64,000 nucleotides of DNA from Dendrobates tinctorius (Eukaryota): NCBI RefSeq assembly GCF_039654945.1, contig NW_027361838.1:434001-498000 (forward strand), in the 5' to 3' direction. The notes under the pieces were generated by a model. The model saw only the letters and a program-made list of their open reading frames with translations, did not search any database and was not told the DNA's origin. Below are positions 25,058 to 39,397 of this stretch, one piece after another. The position numbers and the translations under genes were made by a program. Numbering within the stretch: the stretch's first letter is position 1; each line of letters starts with the position of its first letter.

Positions 25058-26770
25058 TGTGTGTTCTTGGCTTCACTGTGTACAGGAACATTGTTGCTTC
25101 TTTTTTAAAATTGAAACTTGTCAAAAATCTATTTTCTAAAGATCTCAAAAAGAAAAAGTAGTGTTAGATACTTAAATATAATAAAATTCTTCCAGCTTGA
25201 ACGATTTGACTATTAATTCACCATTCCAATTCTCAAAGTCTTATTATTATGCAAGACCGGCTTACAATCTGTCTCCATTGTGGAAAAGAAACAATTTTCG
25301 CAGTACTTTGGTAATAGCTAGATTTATTCTAATTTACATTAAAAGTTTATGGTTAGTAAATTATTTTACTTTGTACATTAAGGCAGGTAAAGTGTTGCTT
25401 GGCGTTTCGCAATCAGGAAGCTAAGAAGTGACTTGTAAGTAGCATTGCTATACCTAGAACATATTGCATTATCCTGTGGGACCATGGAGTAATCTTGAGA
25501 GGAGAAGAAGCATGGAGTTTGTTTTTCACTGGGGTTTTACTCAATGGCTAAGTGCAAACACCTGCTGAAGTACTGCTAATTAGTAGGTAATTAGTAGCTA
25601 ATGTTCTTAGAATTTTAAAAGAAAGCTTACATAAGTAATTACTTACTATTTCTGATAATACACTGCCTGCCCTGAGAATTTGTATCCCCTGGAATATTTG
25701 CCAAGTTGCTGTTTCCTCTGTGTACTAAATTGTTTAATAATTACTCACTTACATTACCTACAAAAAAGGCGAAATGTCAGAAGACGAGGAGACGTCTACA
25801 ATCTGCATCCATCCTTGTTTACCGTTTGCAAAACTGGTTCTGGGAATGAGGTTTTTTTTTTTTTAAATTGGATTAATTAAAACTGATGGCTGCTTCGTCT
25901 ATACGATTCGTAATTGGATAACCGATTGATCTCAATTCTGTGGTCAATTTGTGAGACAGGTCTTTGTAATCTATAAAGAGCTGTAACTTGTATCCACGCA
26001 TTTTGTTTTTGCTGGACTTTTAATATGTTGCTATAAAATTGACAGAAAAGGAACATTTTTACAAAAAATATGTGGCAAAAATGGTAAAAATCAGACGCAG
26101 ACACATCGATCCAGTAACATCTGTATAGATAGAGCTGAAGTTTGATTTATGGCTTCATAAAGTTCCTCATGCCAGATTTGAATAATAGAGCTGCATCCAT
26201 ATAAACTGTAGGCCCCATCCTTAACAAGAATTGCATACAGGATAATGAATAATGAGTAGTGTTGAGCATTCCGATACCGCAAGTATCGGGTATCGGCCGA
26301 TACTTGCTGTATCGGAATTCCGATACCGACTTCCGATATTTTTTCAATATCGGAAGTCGGCATCGGAATCGGAAGTTCAAAGTTGATTGACAGCCTGACG
26401 TCATCATGATGCGCGGTGTGTGCGCATCATGATGCGCCGTCATTTCGGGCCTTCCGGGGGTCTCTGCCGGCCTGCCGGGGGGCTGTGTGGACTGCCCGGG
26501 GTCTGTACCGGCCTGCCGGGGGGCTGTGCCGGCCTGCCGGTGGTCTGTGCACCCTGTGGGGGTCTGTACCGGCCTGCCGGGGGGCTGTGCCGGCCTGCCG
26601 GGGGGCTGTGCTGATGTCCGGGGGTCTGTGCAAGCATCGTCCGATGGGACTACAAGTCCCATCTGGCGATGCCTGCTACCATGACAGTGATTGACACATT
26701 AGCCAATGATGGGACAGTAGTAGTCCCATCATCCGGCTAATGTGTTAAATGTTAAAAAAAAAAAAAAAAA

Positions 26771-27745
26771 TACTACATACATACTACATGCATACTACAT
26801 ATATACTACATGCTACATACATACTACATACATACCACATACATACTACATACATACTACATACATACCACATACATACCACATACATACCACATACATA
26901 CTACATACATACTACATATATAACACATATATACTACATGCATGCTACATACATACTACATGCTACATATATACTACATACATACTACATACATACATAC
27001 TACATATATACTACATGCATGCTACATACATACTACATGCTACATACATACTACATATATACTACATGCATACTACATACATACTACATGCATGCTACAT
27101 ACATACTACATGCTACATACATACCACATACATACTACATACATACTACATACATACTACATGCATGCTACATACATACTACATGCTACATACATACTAC
27201 ATATATACTACATGCATGCTACATACATACTACATGCTACATACATACTACATATATACTACATGCATACTACATACATACTACATGCATGCTACATACA
27301 TACTACATGCTACATACATATCACATACATACTACATACATACTACATACATACTACATGCATGCTACATACATACTACATGCTACATACATACTACATA
27401 TATACTACATGCATGCTACAAACATACTACATGCTACATACATACTACATATATACTACATGCATGCTACATACATACTACATGCTACATACATACTACA
27501 TATATACTACATGCATGCTACATACATACTACATGCTACATACATAACACATACATACTACATACATACTACATGCTACATACATACTACATATATACTA
27601 CATGCATGCTACATACATACTGCATGCTACATGCATGCTACATACATACTACATACATACTACATGCTACATACATACCACATATATACTACATACATAC
27701 TACATACAATACATTCATACAATACATACATAGACATACAGTACA
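26771..27745. repeat. (tacatacatac / tacatgc)n compound minisatellite, left arm
   Basis: Direct inspection. Confidence 0.95.
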
Positions 27746-28344
27746 TATAACATAGAGTAACATACTTACCAATACTTGTCACATTGTTCCCCGAAGCCAT
27801 TGTCTTTTACGGAATAAATATTAACATAACAAACCACAAAAATACTCACCCACGATCCGAAGCAGTCCACGAGTGTGTCCCACGACGATCTTGGGTAGAG
27901 AACTGCAGCATCAGCTGTTGCTGCCGTTCTCTACGGGCTGCAGGAATCCAATGACGGAAGGTAGGTATCCTTCCGCACTGTATTCCTCCGCCACTTAAAA
28001 AAAAAAAAAGTCCCTAGTCTCACTTTATGCCATTGCTGCGTGGGAAATTCCCACACAGCAATGGCATAAAGTGAGACTAGGGACTTTTTTTTTTTTAAGT
28101 GGCGGAGGAATACAGTGCGGAAGGATACCTACCTTCCGTCATTGGATTCCTGCAGCCCGTAGAGAACGGCAGCAACAGCTGATGCTGCAGTTCTCTACCC
28201 AAGATCGTCGTGGGACACACTCGTGGACTGCTTCGGATCGTGGGTGAGTATTTTTGTGGTTTGTTATGTTAATATTTATTCCGTAAAAGACAATGGCTTC
28301 GGGGAACAATGTGACAAGTATTGGTAAGTATGTTACTCTATGTT

Positions 28345-29025
28345 ATATGTACTGTATGTCTATGTATGTATTGTATGAATGTATTGTATGTAGTATGTAT
28401 GTAGTATATATGTGGTATGTATGTAGCATGTAGTATGTATGTAGTATGTATGTAGCATGCAGTATGTATGTAGCATGCATGTAGTATATATGTAGTATGT
28501 ATGTAGCATGTAGTATGTATGTAGTATGTATGTGGTATGTATGTAGCATGTAGTATGTATGTAGCATGCATGTAGTATGTATGTAGTATGTATGTAGTAT
28601 GTATGTAGCATGTAGTATGTATGTAGCATATATGTAGTATGTATGTAGCATGTAGTATATATGTAGTATATATGTAGCATGTAGTATGTATGTAGTATGT
28701 ATGTGGTATGTATGTAGCATGTAGTATGTATGTAGCATGCAGTATGTATGTAGTATATATGTAGTATGTATGTAGCATGTAGTATATATGTAGTATGCAT
28801 GTTGCATGCATGTAGTATATATGTAGTATGTATGTTGCATGTAGTATATATGTAGTATGTATGTTGCATGTAGTATATATGTAGTATGCATGTTGCATGC
28901 ATGTAGTATATATGTAGTATGTATGTTGCATGTAGTATATATGTAGTATGAATGTAGCATGTATGTAGTATGTAGTATGAATGTAGCATGTATGTAGTAT
29001 GCATGTTGTATGTATGTAGCATGTA
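28345..29025. repeat. Reverse-complement minisatellite, right arm
   Basis: (gtatgtatgta / gcatgta)n, the mirror of 26771-27745 but shorter. Confidence 0.95.
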
Positions 29026-30361
29026 ATTTTTTTTTTTTTTTTTTTTACATTCAACACATTAGCCGGATGATGGGACTACTACTGTCCCATCATTGGCTAA
29101 TGTGTCAATCACTGTCATGGTAGCAGGCATCGCTCGATGGGACTTGTAGTCCCATCGGACGATGCCTGCACAGCCCCCCGAAGCCTGCACAGCCCCCCGA
29201 AGCCTGCACAGCCCCCCGGCAGGCCGGCACAGCCCCCCGGCAGGCCGGCACAACCCACCGGAGCCTGCACAGCCCCCCGGCAGGCCGGCACAGACCACCG
29301 GAGCCTGCACAGACCCCCTGGCAGGCCGGCACAGCCCCCCGAAAGGCCCGTACAGACCCCAGAGAGGCTGTACAAGGGAAAAACAGGATTTTTCTTATTC
29401 CGATACCGGAAGTCCCATAGACTTGAATGGGACTTCCGGTATCGGAATCGGCGATACCGATACTTTTTTTTAAGATTGGCCGATCCATTCCGATCCGATA
29501 CTTTGAAGTATCGGACGGTATCGCTCAACTCTAATAATGAGCCATACATTATTTTCTATTCATTAACTAGTTCAAAATCAAACCATTTTCCCCATTCATG
29601 ACCAGGCACAATTTTTTTTGTAAATTTGGTTTTAAAGAGCTCTAATATTTTATCTAATTCAGTGATTTAAATAATTTTAGTCTTTTTTAACATAATATGT
29701 GGGACCTCATTTTAATGTCATTTAAATGTTCCTATTTATTAGTTTTGTTTATTTCAGGGTAATAAGTAAAAAAGTATGCATATTATTTTCACTTTTTTTT
29801 TTTTAATATTTATGAGACCAAAAAGGGTCACTTAGATTTTAATTTACATCCCCCTTTACACTACAATTAATTTTACATATGGATCATTCTAATAACTGAC
29901 AGTGGTTCAGACTGGCAGTAGCTTTCTTGCTTTTGATTCCGCTCTCTGTGCCCGTGCCATGTTACCACCTTGTGTAAATAATGCGTTTATTTCTCTGTAT
30001 TTTTGGGGGGCATAAAATCTGCAGCGTTCATCTGTCCAAGCAAAGTGGATGTACTTTCATGATAACGCATGCCCAGTGTGTGTCTAAAGACACTGTTCAA
30101 ATGTGCGTTTTTTCTCAATGGACTTTTATGGCGAGCCAGAAAAAATGCATATAAAAAAAGCCTGTAAAAAATGAACATATATATATATATATAAAAAAAG
30201 TTACATTTTTAAGTGCAAAAGGAAAGCTTTTCTGTGCTAAATAAGAAACAAAAATTCATTAAAACCACTGTTTCATATCTGAAACAAATCAAATAATGGG
30301 GGAAATGCAGCAAAAACATCCTGCAAAAACACTAACTAGAGAAAATTATTATTGAGATTAA

Positions 30362-30686
30362 GGCTGTGTGCACACTTTGAGCAAATGGATGCAGAAATTT
30401 ATCTACAATTTCTGCATCTCTTGGCAGGAAAAATGTAGCTGCAAAAAAGGTCATAGTTTTTGCCTGCGCTCGTGCTCTGTGTTTTTGGTGCATTTTGCCC
30501 TGCGTTTTCACCATTGACTTCAGTCAAAAACGCAGGGCAAAAATGCACCAAAAACACAGAGCACGAGCGCAGGGCAAAAACGCACAGAGAATTGACGCAG
30601 CAGATTTTGGTTCAGGATTTGCTAACAAATCGGCATGGCAAAAACCCACTAAATACGCACCAAATCTGCAACATGTGCAAAAGCCC
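30362..30686. mobile_element. Harbinger-type palindromic MITE
   Basis: Termini ggctgtgtgcaca / tgtgcaaaagccc. Strong internal inverted repeat at ~30457-30580. Confidence 0.7.
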
Positions 30687-30879
30687 TTGTAGTGCAGACA
30701 ACTGGAGAAAATGTGCATACAAAAATCAGCAGAAGAAATGCAGCTTGTACCCTACATATCAACATGGCCTTGAAGGTGAGGTCCACTTTCAGGAAAATGG
30801 GCTGCAAACTGAGCAAAATAAATGAGATAAACTCAGCTGGTGTTATAAAGTATTCTAATTTACTGAGACAATGACTTTT

Positions 30880-31050
30880 GGGCTTTCATTGGCTGTAAGC
30901 CATAATCACCAACATTAACAGAAATAAACACTTGAAATAGATCACTCTGTCTGTAATGACTCTATATAATATATGAGTTTCACTTTTTGTATTGAAGAAC
31001 TGAAATACATTAACTTTTTGATGATATTCTAATTTTGTGAGAAGCACCTG
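30880..31050. mobile_element. Isolated Tc1 TIR fragment
   Basis: Ends gatattctaattttgtgagaagcacctg|TA. Confidence 0.6.
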
Positions 31051-32184
31051 TAAGTGCACAAGCACTGAAATCAGTGATTGGTTAGAGCGGTGAAGCATAC
31101 TGCTGATGTGATGTCATGGTTTCAAAACTAGAGATAAGATAGAGCCATCCCAATTGGGTACAACTTGTCGCGGTGGGATGGCTTTTACACTTATTTGATC
31201 AAAATAGTGTTAACTAAGCATGCTATGATATTTGCATTTGTATACTGTTACTATTCAATTATTTGCTTACTACAGAGTATATTCTCATTTAGATTTTTTC
31301 TTGAGTTTTATCTGTGAATTGGCCACTGTGTGAACGTGCTCTTACACATTGCACATATACCAACTTATGCTCTGGCTCATTTATTTGGTTTTTCTGTAGT
31401 TTCTTGTACTTTGTACAAACAGAGGAGTGCCCCCCATTTTTTAGCTAGACATTTCATCTATATAACTTCCCATGGACAGGTGTCTGAACAGTTGGTTCCC
31501 TGTCCTACTCTGCCCTTATTCACATTAATGTTGGCTGACACAAGGTAAGGTTTTAATACTAGGGACAGGATAGGACCTTCCCAATTGAGTACACCTTTGG
31601 GATGGCTTTTAAGCTATTTTTTTTATCAAAATAGTGTTAATTAAGTACCCTATGTTATTTATACGTACAATAGCTATTTGCTTATTTACTTACTACAGGG
31701 TATATAGTCATTTTTTTTTTTACTTAGGTTTTGTCTTTGAAATGTGCACAGTGTGAATGAGTTCTTAGACATTGCATGTATACCAACTTATGCTCCAGCT
31801 CATTTCTTTGGTTTTTGAGTCATGGATAAAGTCAAGAACTGAGACCGATGCTGGACCCAGGGAGGGTGAGTACCTGTAATGTTTATTATTACTAGAGCTC
31901 GAATTCCGGTCCAAGATGTTTGGCACTTGTTACACATCCAATAAACATGCAGGGATTGCCTGCCGGTCACTGTAATGCCATAACCATCTTGGTAGTGGCA
32001 TTATTGTGATTGGCTGGCTGCATTATCTCATCAGAGGTTAAAAAAGAATAGGCGTCGCCATGCTGGCAAACTGACGCCACAACACCTCAGGGACAGTTGT
32101 GATTGGAGGGAGAGAGCAGTTATCCAGGCATGTGTGTGCAAAGTTTAACTAATCAGAGTCCTCTAGTGTTGATACTGATGCTAA

Positions 32185-32400
32185 GGGCTCATGCTCACTT
32201 GCGAGTGACTCGCACGATTCTCGTGCGAGTCTCTTGCATGAAAATCTGGCACTGCCGCCGGCTCTCAGACCAGAGCATGCGGCTGCATAGAAATACATGT
32301 AGCCACACGCTCTGGTGTGATTGCCGGTGGCAGTGCCAGGTTTTCATGCGAGAGACTCGCACGAGAATCGTGCGAGTCTCTCGCAAGTGAGTATGAGCCC
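32185..32400. mobile_element. 216-bp near-perfect palindromic Harbinger-type MITE
   Basis: TAA|gggctcatgctcacttgcgag ... ctcgcaagtgagtatgagccc|TAA. Confidence 0.9.
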
Positions 32401-35099
32401 TAATGCTGAGCAACTATAATAGCAGTCCTTTCAAGGGCTAATCTTGTGGTTTGCTGTTTGCATCAGATACATTTTGCATTTAGCCTTGGGACAGTTGCAG
32501 GTGCAGGTAAAGTGGCAGAATATAGCCTCTAGGCAGAGCTTAGGGCTGCTGCACTTGACCCCATTCTTTTTTTTGGGGTGCAAAATTGGACTTTATTGTC
32601 ATCCATACAGTATTACGTGCTTTGTGTTACATTTCAGTGGTATATAACACTCCAAAAAAAGCAATCAAAAGTTATTATGGATTGAATTTGTCATCCATGG
32701 AGTATTACGTGCTTTTTGTTACATTTTGGTGGCATATAACATCCCAAAAAAGCGGTAAATTTTTTTTTCTAGACTGAATTTATCATCCCCAAAGTATTAC
32801 CTAATTTGCGTTACATTTTGATGGTATATAACACGCCAAAAAAGCATTCAAAATGTTTTCTGGATTTAATTTGTCATCCATAGAGTATTAGAGTCACGTT
32901 CCTCAATATGGCAGGGCAACATCACTGGCATGAGGTGGGTGTGATCAGAGAAGGTAGGAAGCAGGATGAATCCTTCTTGCAAAATGAATGGGCCTGAGAG
33001 AGGCTCCTTGAGGTGGATCGTAATTTTTGACAGGCTTTGCACTGTGCAGAACTTTCATGAGTGGAGGAGTAAGACAACTATGCTTTGCTCACAATATTTG
33101 AATATGGCACTACAGTTGATGCCTTCAAGAATGTATGGATGACCCTGCTTCTAATTTTCGGCAAGCTTTGCACTCTGTGTCAAGCTTTTATGAGTGTAGG
33201 AGTACCACAAGTACACTTTTTTCACAATATTTGAATGAGGCACTACAGTTGGTGTCTTCAAGGGTACCATGATCCTCCTTGTAATTTTTGGCAGGCTTTG
33301 CACTTGCCTTTATGAGTCTAGGCATCGCTACATGACAATTTAAACATAATGTGTATGATGCCCTCCTTTATGTCTAATACAGGGTGTATCTGATTCCCTC
33401 AGCCATCTAATTTTTGGCAGCTCTTTTTTAATAAAATAATTACAGAAAATGTAATAAAAAATAACAAAAATTAAATTTTGTTTTTCTTAAATTATTATTA
33501 TCTTTAAATCCTTTTTAAATGTTACCTTATATATAAGTCATTATATAGGACAGAAGGTTTCTTGACATTTTTTCCTATAAACTCCAATTTAGCATCGATT
33601 TTGAATGTTTTATTTTATTTTCAGTCCTTAACCCCTTCCTGACATCCGGCGTACTATCCCGTCCACGGTACCCGGGCCCGTATGACCGTGGACGGGATAG
33701 TACGTCTACCGCGATCAGCGGCGCCCACGTGGTGAGCGCCGCTGATCGCGGCCGGGTGTCAGCTGATTATTACAGCTGACACCCGGCACAATGTGTCAGG
33801 GGCGGTCACGGACCGCCCCAACACGTTAACCCCTTGCACACCACGATCAAACACGATCGCGGTGTACCGGGGGTTAAAGGGAAGCATCGGCAGGGAGGGG
33901 GCTCCCTCCGTGCTTCCCTGAGCCCCCCACGGCAGCGCAATGTGCAGCGCTGCTGCGGGGGGCTCCTTTCCTCCAGGCCCCAGAATCCAAGATGGCGACG
34001 GGGGCCTTCGGGGGCCTGATGAAGCTGGCTTCCTCAGTGCCTGAAAGCGCAGGCATGAGGAAGCCTTCTACAGTGCCTGTGTCAGATCGCTGATCTGTCA
34101 CAGTGATCTGTGATGTGACAGATCAGCGATCTGTCACAGGACAGTGATGTCCCACCTGGGACTATTTAATAAAGTAAAAAAAAAAATAAAAAAAAGTGTA
34201 AAAATAATTAAAAAAAAATCGCCAAATATATTAGAAAAAAAAAAAAAAAAATTCCCCCAATAAATCCATTTTTTGGAAATAATAATAAAAAAAACAATAA
34301 AAGTACACATATTAGGTATCGCCACGTCCGTAACGACCCACCCTATAAAACTGTCCCATTAGTTAACCCCTTTAGCGAACCCCTTAAAAAATAAAAATAA
34401 AAAACGAAGCAAAAAATAATGATTTATTATCATACCGCCAAACAAAAAGTGTAATAACGCGCGATCAAAAAGACGCATATAAATATCCATGGTACCGCTG
34501 AAAACGTCATCTTGTCCCGCAAAAAACGAGCTGCCACACAGCATTATCAGCAAAAAAATAAAAAAGTTATAGCTTGCTGAATAAAGCGATGCAAAAATAA
34601 TTATTTTTTATATAAAATAGTTTTCATTGCATAAAACTGACAAAAACATAAAAAAACGACCTAAATGAGGTATCGCTGTAACTGTACTGACATGAAGAAT
34701 AAAACCTCTTTATCAATTTTACCGCACGCGGAACGGTGTAAACGCACCCCCCCAAAAGAAATTCATGAAACGCTGGTTTTTGTTCATTCTGCGTCCCAAA
34801 AATCGGAATAAAAAGCGATCAAAAAATTCCACGTGCCCGAAAATGGTACCAATAAAAACGTCAACTCGTCCCGCAAAAAATAAGCCCTCACATGACTTGG
34901 TGGGTCAAAATACGGAAAAATTATAGCTCTCAATATGTGGTGATGCAAAAACTATTTTACAATAAAAAGCGTCTTTTAGCGTGTGACAGCCGCCAAACAT
35001 AAAAACCGCCATAAATAGTAAATCAAACCCCCCGTTATCACCCCCCTTAGTTAGGGAAAAATAATAAAATAAAAAAAAGTATTTATTTCCATTTTTCCA

Positions 35100-35217
35100 T
35101 TAGGGTTAGGGTTAGGGCTAGGGGTGTGTTGGGGTAAGGTTAGGGCTAGGGTTAGGGTTAGGTCTAGGGTTAGGGCTAGGGTTAGGGCTAGGGTTAGGGC
35201 TAGGGTTAGGGTTAGGG
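35100..35217 (+). repeat. Interstitial telomere-like (TTAGGG/CTAGGG)n tract
   Basis: Direct inspection. Lies inside the piggyBac-like element. Confidence 0.9.
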
Positions 35218-35244
35218 GCGTGTTGGGGTTCGGGTTGGAGTTAG

Positions 35245-37790
35245 AATTGGGGGTTTCCACTGTTTGGGCACATCAGGGGCTCTCCAAATGCAACATGGCG
35301 TCTGATCTCAATTCCAGCCAATTCTGAGTTGAAAAAGTCAAATGGTGCTCCTTCCGTTCCAAGCTCTGCTATGCGCCCAAACAGTGTTTTACCCCCACAT
35401 GTAGGGTATCAGCCTACTCAGGACAAATTGCAAAACAATTTTTGGGGTCCAATTTCTCCTGGTACCCTTGGGAAAATAAAAAAATGGTGACTAAAAGATC
35501 ATGTTTGTGGAAAAAATACGAATTTTTTATTTTCACGCCCGGGCGTTGTAAACTTCTGTGAAGCACTGGGGGGTTCAAAGTGCTCACCACACAACTAGAT
35601 AAGTTCCTTGGGGGGTCTAGTTTACAAAATGGTGTCATTTGGGGGGGTTTCCACTGTTTAGGTACATTAGGGGCTCTCCAAAGCCAACATGACACCCACA
35701 GACCATTCCATCAAAGTCTGCATTCCAAAACGTCACTACTTCCCTTCCGAGCCCCGACGTGTGCCCATACAGTAGTTTTCTCCCACGTATGGGGTATCAG
35801 CATACTCAGGACAAATTGGTCAACAACTTTTGGGGTCCAATTTCTCCTGGTACCCTTGGGAAAATAAAAAAATGGTGACTAAAAGATCATGTTTGTGGAA
35901 AAAATACAAAATTTTTATTTTCACGCCCGGGCGTTGTAAACTTCTGTGAAGCACTGGGGGGTTCAAAGTGCTCACCACACATCTAGATAAGTTCCTTGGG
36001 GGGTCTAGTTTACAAAATGGTGTCATTTGTGGGGGTTTCCACTGTTTAGGTACATTAGGGGCTCTCCAAAGGCAACATGACACCCGCAGACCATTCCATC
36101 AAAGTCTGCATTCCAAAACGTCACTACTTCCCTTCCGAGCCCCGACGTGTGCCCATACAGTAGTTTTCTCCCACGTATGGGGTATCAGCATACTCAGGAC
36201 AAATTGGACAACAACTTTTGGGGTCCAATTTCTCCTGGTACCCTTGGGAAAATAAAAAAATGGTGACTAAAAGATCATGTTTGTGGAAAAAATACGAATT
36301 TTTTATTTTCACGCCCGGGCGTTGTAAACTTCTGTGAAGCACTGGGGGGTCAAAGTGCTCACCACACATCTAGATAAGTTCCTTAGGGGGTCTAGTTTCC
36401 AAAATGGTGTCATTTGTGGGGGGGTTCCACTGTTTTGGTACATCAGGAGTTTTCCAAAAGCGACATGGTGTCCGATCTCAATTCCAGCCAAAAACGTCAA
36501 ATGGCGCTGCTTCCCTTCCGAGCTCTGCCATGCGCCCAAATAGTGGTTTACCCCCACATGTGGGGTATCAGCGTACTCAGGACAAATTGCACAATAACTT
36601 TTAGGGTCCTGTTACCCTTGGAAAAATAAGAATTGAGGGTGAAAAGATCATTTTTGTGGAAAAAATATGATTTTTTAATTGTATGGCTTTATGTTATAAA
36701 CTTCTGGGAAGCCCATGGGGGTTCAAAGTTCTCACCACACATCTAGATAAGTTCCTTAAGGGGTCTAGTTTCCAAAATGGTGTCATTTGTGGGGGGTTTC
36801 CACTGTTTTGGTACATCAGGAGTTTTCCAAACGCGACATGGTGTCCGATCTCAATTCCAGCCAAAAACGTCAAATGGCGCTGCTTCCCTTCCGAGCTCTG
36901 CCATGCGCCCAAATAGTGGTTTACCCCCACATGTGGGGTATCAGCGTACTCAGGACAAATTGCACAATAACTTTTAGGGTCCTGTTACCCTTGGAAAAAT
37001 AAGAATTGAGGGTGAAAAGATCATTTTTGTGGAAAAAATATGATTTTTTAATTGTATGGCTTTATGTTATAAACTTCTGTGAAGCCCATGGGGGTTCAAA
37101 GTTCTCACCACACATCTAGATAAGTTCCTTAGGGGGTCTAGTTTCCAAAATGGTGTCATTTGTGGGGGGTTTCCACTGTTTTGGTACATCAGGGGTTTTC
37201 CAAACGCGACATGGTGTCCGATCTCAATTCCAGCCAAAAACGTCAAATGGCGCTGCTTCCCTTCCGAGCTCTGCCATGCGCCAAAATAGTGGTTTACCCC
37301 CACATGTGGGGTATCAGCGTACTCAGGACAAATTGCACAATAACTTTTAGGGTCCTGTTACCCTTGAGAAAATAAAAATTGGGGTGAAAAGATCATTTTT
37401 GTGGAAAAAATATGATTTTTTAATTGTACCGCTGTACGTTATAAACTTCTGTAAAGCCCTTGTGGGTTCAAAGTTCTCACCACATATCTAGATAAGTTCC
37501 TTGGGGGGTCTAGTTTCCAAAATGGGGTCACTTGTAGGGGGTTTCCACTGTTTAGGTACATCAGGGACTCTCCAAACGTGACATGGCGTCCAATCTGAAT
37601 TCCAGCCAATTTTGCATTGAAAAAGTCAAACGGCGCTCCTTCCATTCTGAGCTCTGCCATGCGCCGAAACAGTCGTTCCCCCCACATATCAGGTATCTGC
37701 GTACTCAGGACAAATTGCACAATAACTTTTGCAGTTCAATTTCTCCTGTTACCCTTGGTAAAATAAAAAAAATTGAACCTGAAGTATTTT
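35245..37790. repeat. Tandem array of ~373-388 bp units (about 7)
   Basis: Marker tactcaggacaaattg at 35415, 35803, 36191, 36574, 36947, 37320 and 37702. Confidence 0.92.
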
Positions 37791-39397
37791 TTTTATGAAA
37801 AAAAGTTAGATGTTCATTTTTTTTAAAATATTCAAAAAAATTCCTGTGACGCACCTAAAGGGTTAATAAACTTCTTGAATGTGGTTTTGAGCACCTTAAG
37901 GGGTGCAGTTTTTAGAATGGTGTCACTTTTGGGTATTTTCTATCATATAGACCCCTCAAAGTGGCTTCAAATGTGATGTGGTCCTAAAAATAAAATGGTG
38001 TTGTAAAAATGAGAAATCGCTGGTCAACTTTTAACCCTTATAACTTCCTAACAAAAAAAAATTTTGGTTCCAAAATTGTGCTGATGTAAAGTAAACATGT
38101 GGGAAATGTTAGTTATCAAGTTTTTTGTGTGCCGTATCTCTGTGATTTAAGGGCAAAAAAATTCAAAGTTGGAAAATTGCGAAATTTTCAAAATTTTCGC
38201 CAAATTTCCATTTTTCTCACAAATAAACGCAAGTTATTTGAATGAAATTTTACCACTAACATGAAGTACAATATGTCACGAGAAAACAATGTCAGAATCA
38301 CCGGGATCCATGGAAGCGTTCCAGAGTTATGACCTCATAAAGGTACAGTGGTCAGAATTGTAAAAATTGGCCCGGTCATGAACGTGCAAACCACCCTTGG
38401 GGGTGAAGGGGTTAAAGTCGACTAAAACTGTGACACCATTGTTCTTAGCAGTGATCTGGTAGTCAAATATGATTCCACGTCTTCCTCGTGCTGTTCTTCC
38501 ATTCAGTACTTATTCCATCCATTTCAACATTTTCACTACCCCCCAGACCTTCTTGTAGGGTCTGCTGGAAAGATTCTCAGATTTTCCAATGACTCCCATT
38601 ATAATCGTTACTCGAAACAAGTATCCAGACATTAGGAATTACTCGGTATGAGTTATGACCATCCAAGCAATTTAGTGCTCGCTCATCCCTACTTCTAATC
38701 CTTCATTTTAGTGATTCAAGTGGATCGCAGCATCCAGAACCCTACTGATCAAAACCTGTATCACACCTTCATTACATATCCATTACATATCAGTGTAATC
38801 AAACTATAGAAAGATCCAGTAATATGGTAACAGGGCATCTCAAGAAATCAGACAGTTTCATTGTGGAAATATTGTTGAAACCGAAAGCCAGTATTTAGTA
38901 AGTGGGCTGGTTATGAATACAGCAGATCCCATTTTAGAAAATGATGAGCTATTACTCAGTATAGTCTCAACATCTGAGATTTTAAAAACAGTCATCAGAA
39001 TTCCCACCAGTCAATAGAAGCAAACACCCTCATCTTCTTAATTAACATATGAAATAAACAAAATCTGTGACCCTGGTGTCTACCAGCAATTAAGAGCTAT
39101 TGCTTAGTTAGGCCTGCTAATACCTCATTTAAATATGCAATTAAGGAATAATTGCATCCAATCAATAAAACTTTTAGCATTTTGCTGTGGCTTCAATTAT
39201 TTCTGCAAGTCTATTTATAATATCCACGTTACAAAATGGTTCTGAAGTTAAGCTTTTCTTTTCTTGGGGTAACACACAATACCATACACCTTAGGTCTGG
39301 TCTTGTAAGATGGTAAATAAAACTGTGAAGAAAATGCTACATGTGCTGTTAGTAAACGTCTATGCATGGGTGAAAACTAAGCTATATGAGCATTTAA

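Larger units (their letters stand above)
26257..29533. mobile_element. 3.3-kb non-autonomous hAT element with a palindromic interior
   Basis: TIRs tagtgttgagc / gctcaactcta. Perfect 8-bp TSD ataatgag (26249-26256; 29534-29541). Interior is mirror-symmetric about 28047. Confidence 0.92.
33632..38411. mobile_element. 4.8-kb non-autonomous piggyBac-like (TTAA) element with telomere-like tract and satellite array
   Basis: TTAA|CCCCTTC ... GAAGGGG|TTAA. Subterminal hairpins. No transposase ORF. Confidence 0.85.
31893..38691. mobile_element. Old hAT-like non-autonomous element interrupted by a MITE and a piggyBac-like element
   Basis: Right end gtgctcgctcatcccta matches the TAG(A/G)GATGAGCG terminus class. 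Left end is degenerate and no TSD was confirmed. Confidence 0.4.

Noticed and set aside
26742-29057. His/Tyr/Thr-rich ORFs of 200-337 aa on both strands
   Set aside because: Minisatellite artefacts inside a palindromic hAT element.
35100-35217. True telomere or chromosome fusion scar
   Set aside because: Short, degenerate, single orientation and internal to a transposon.
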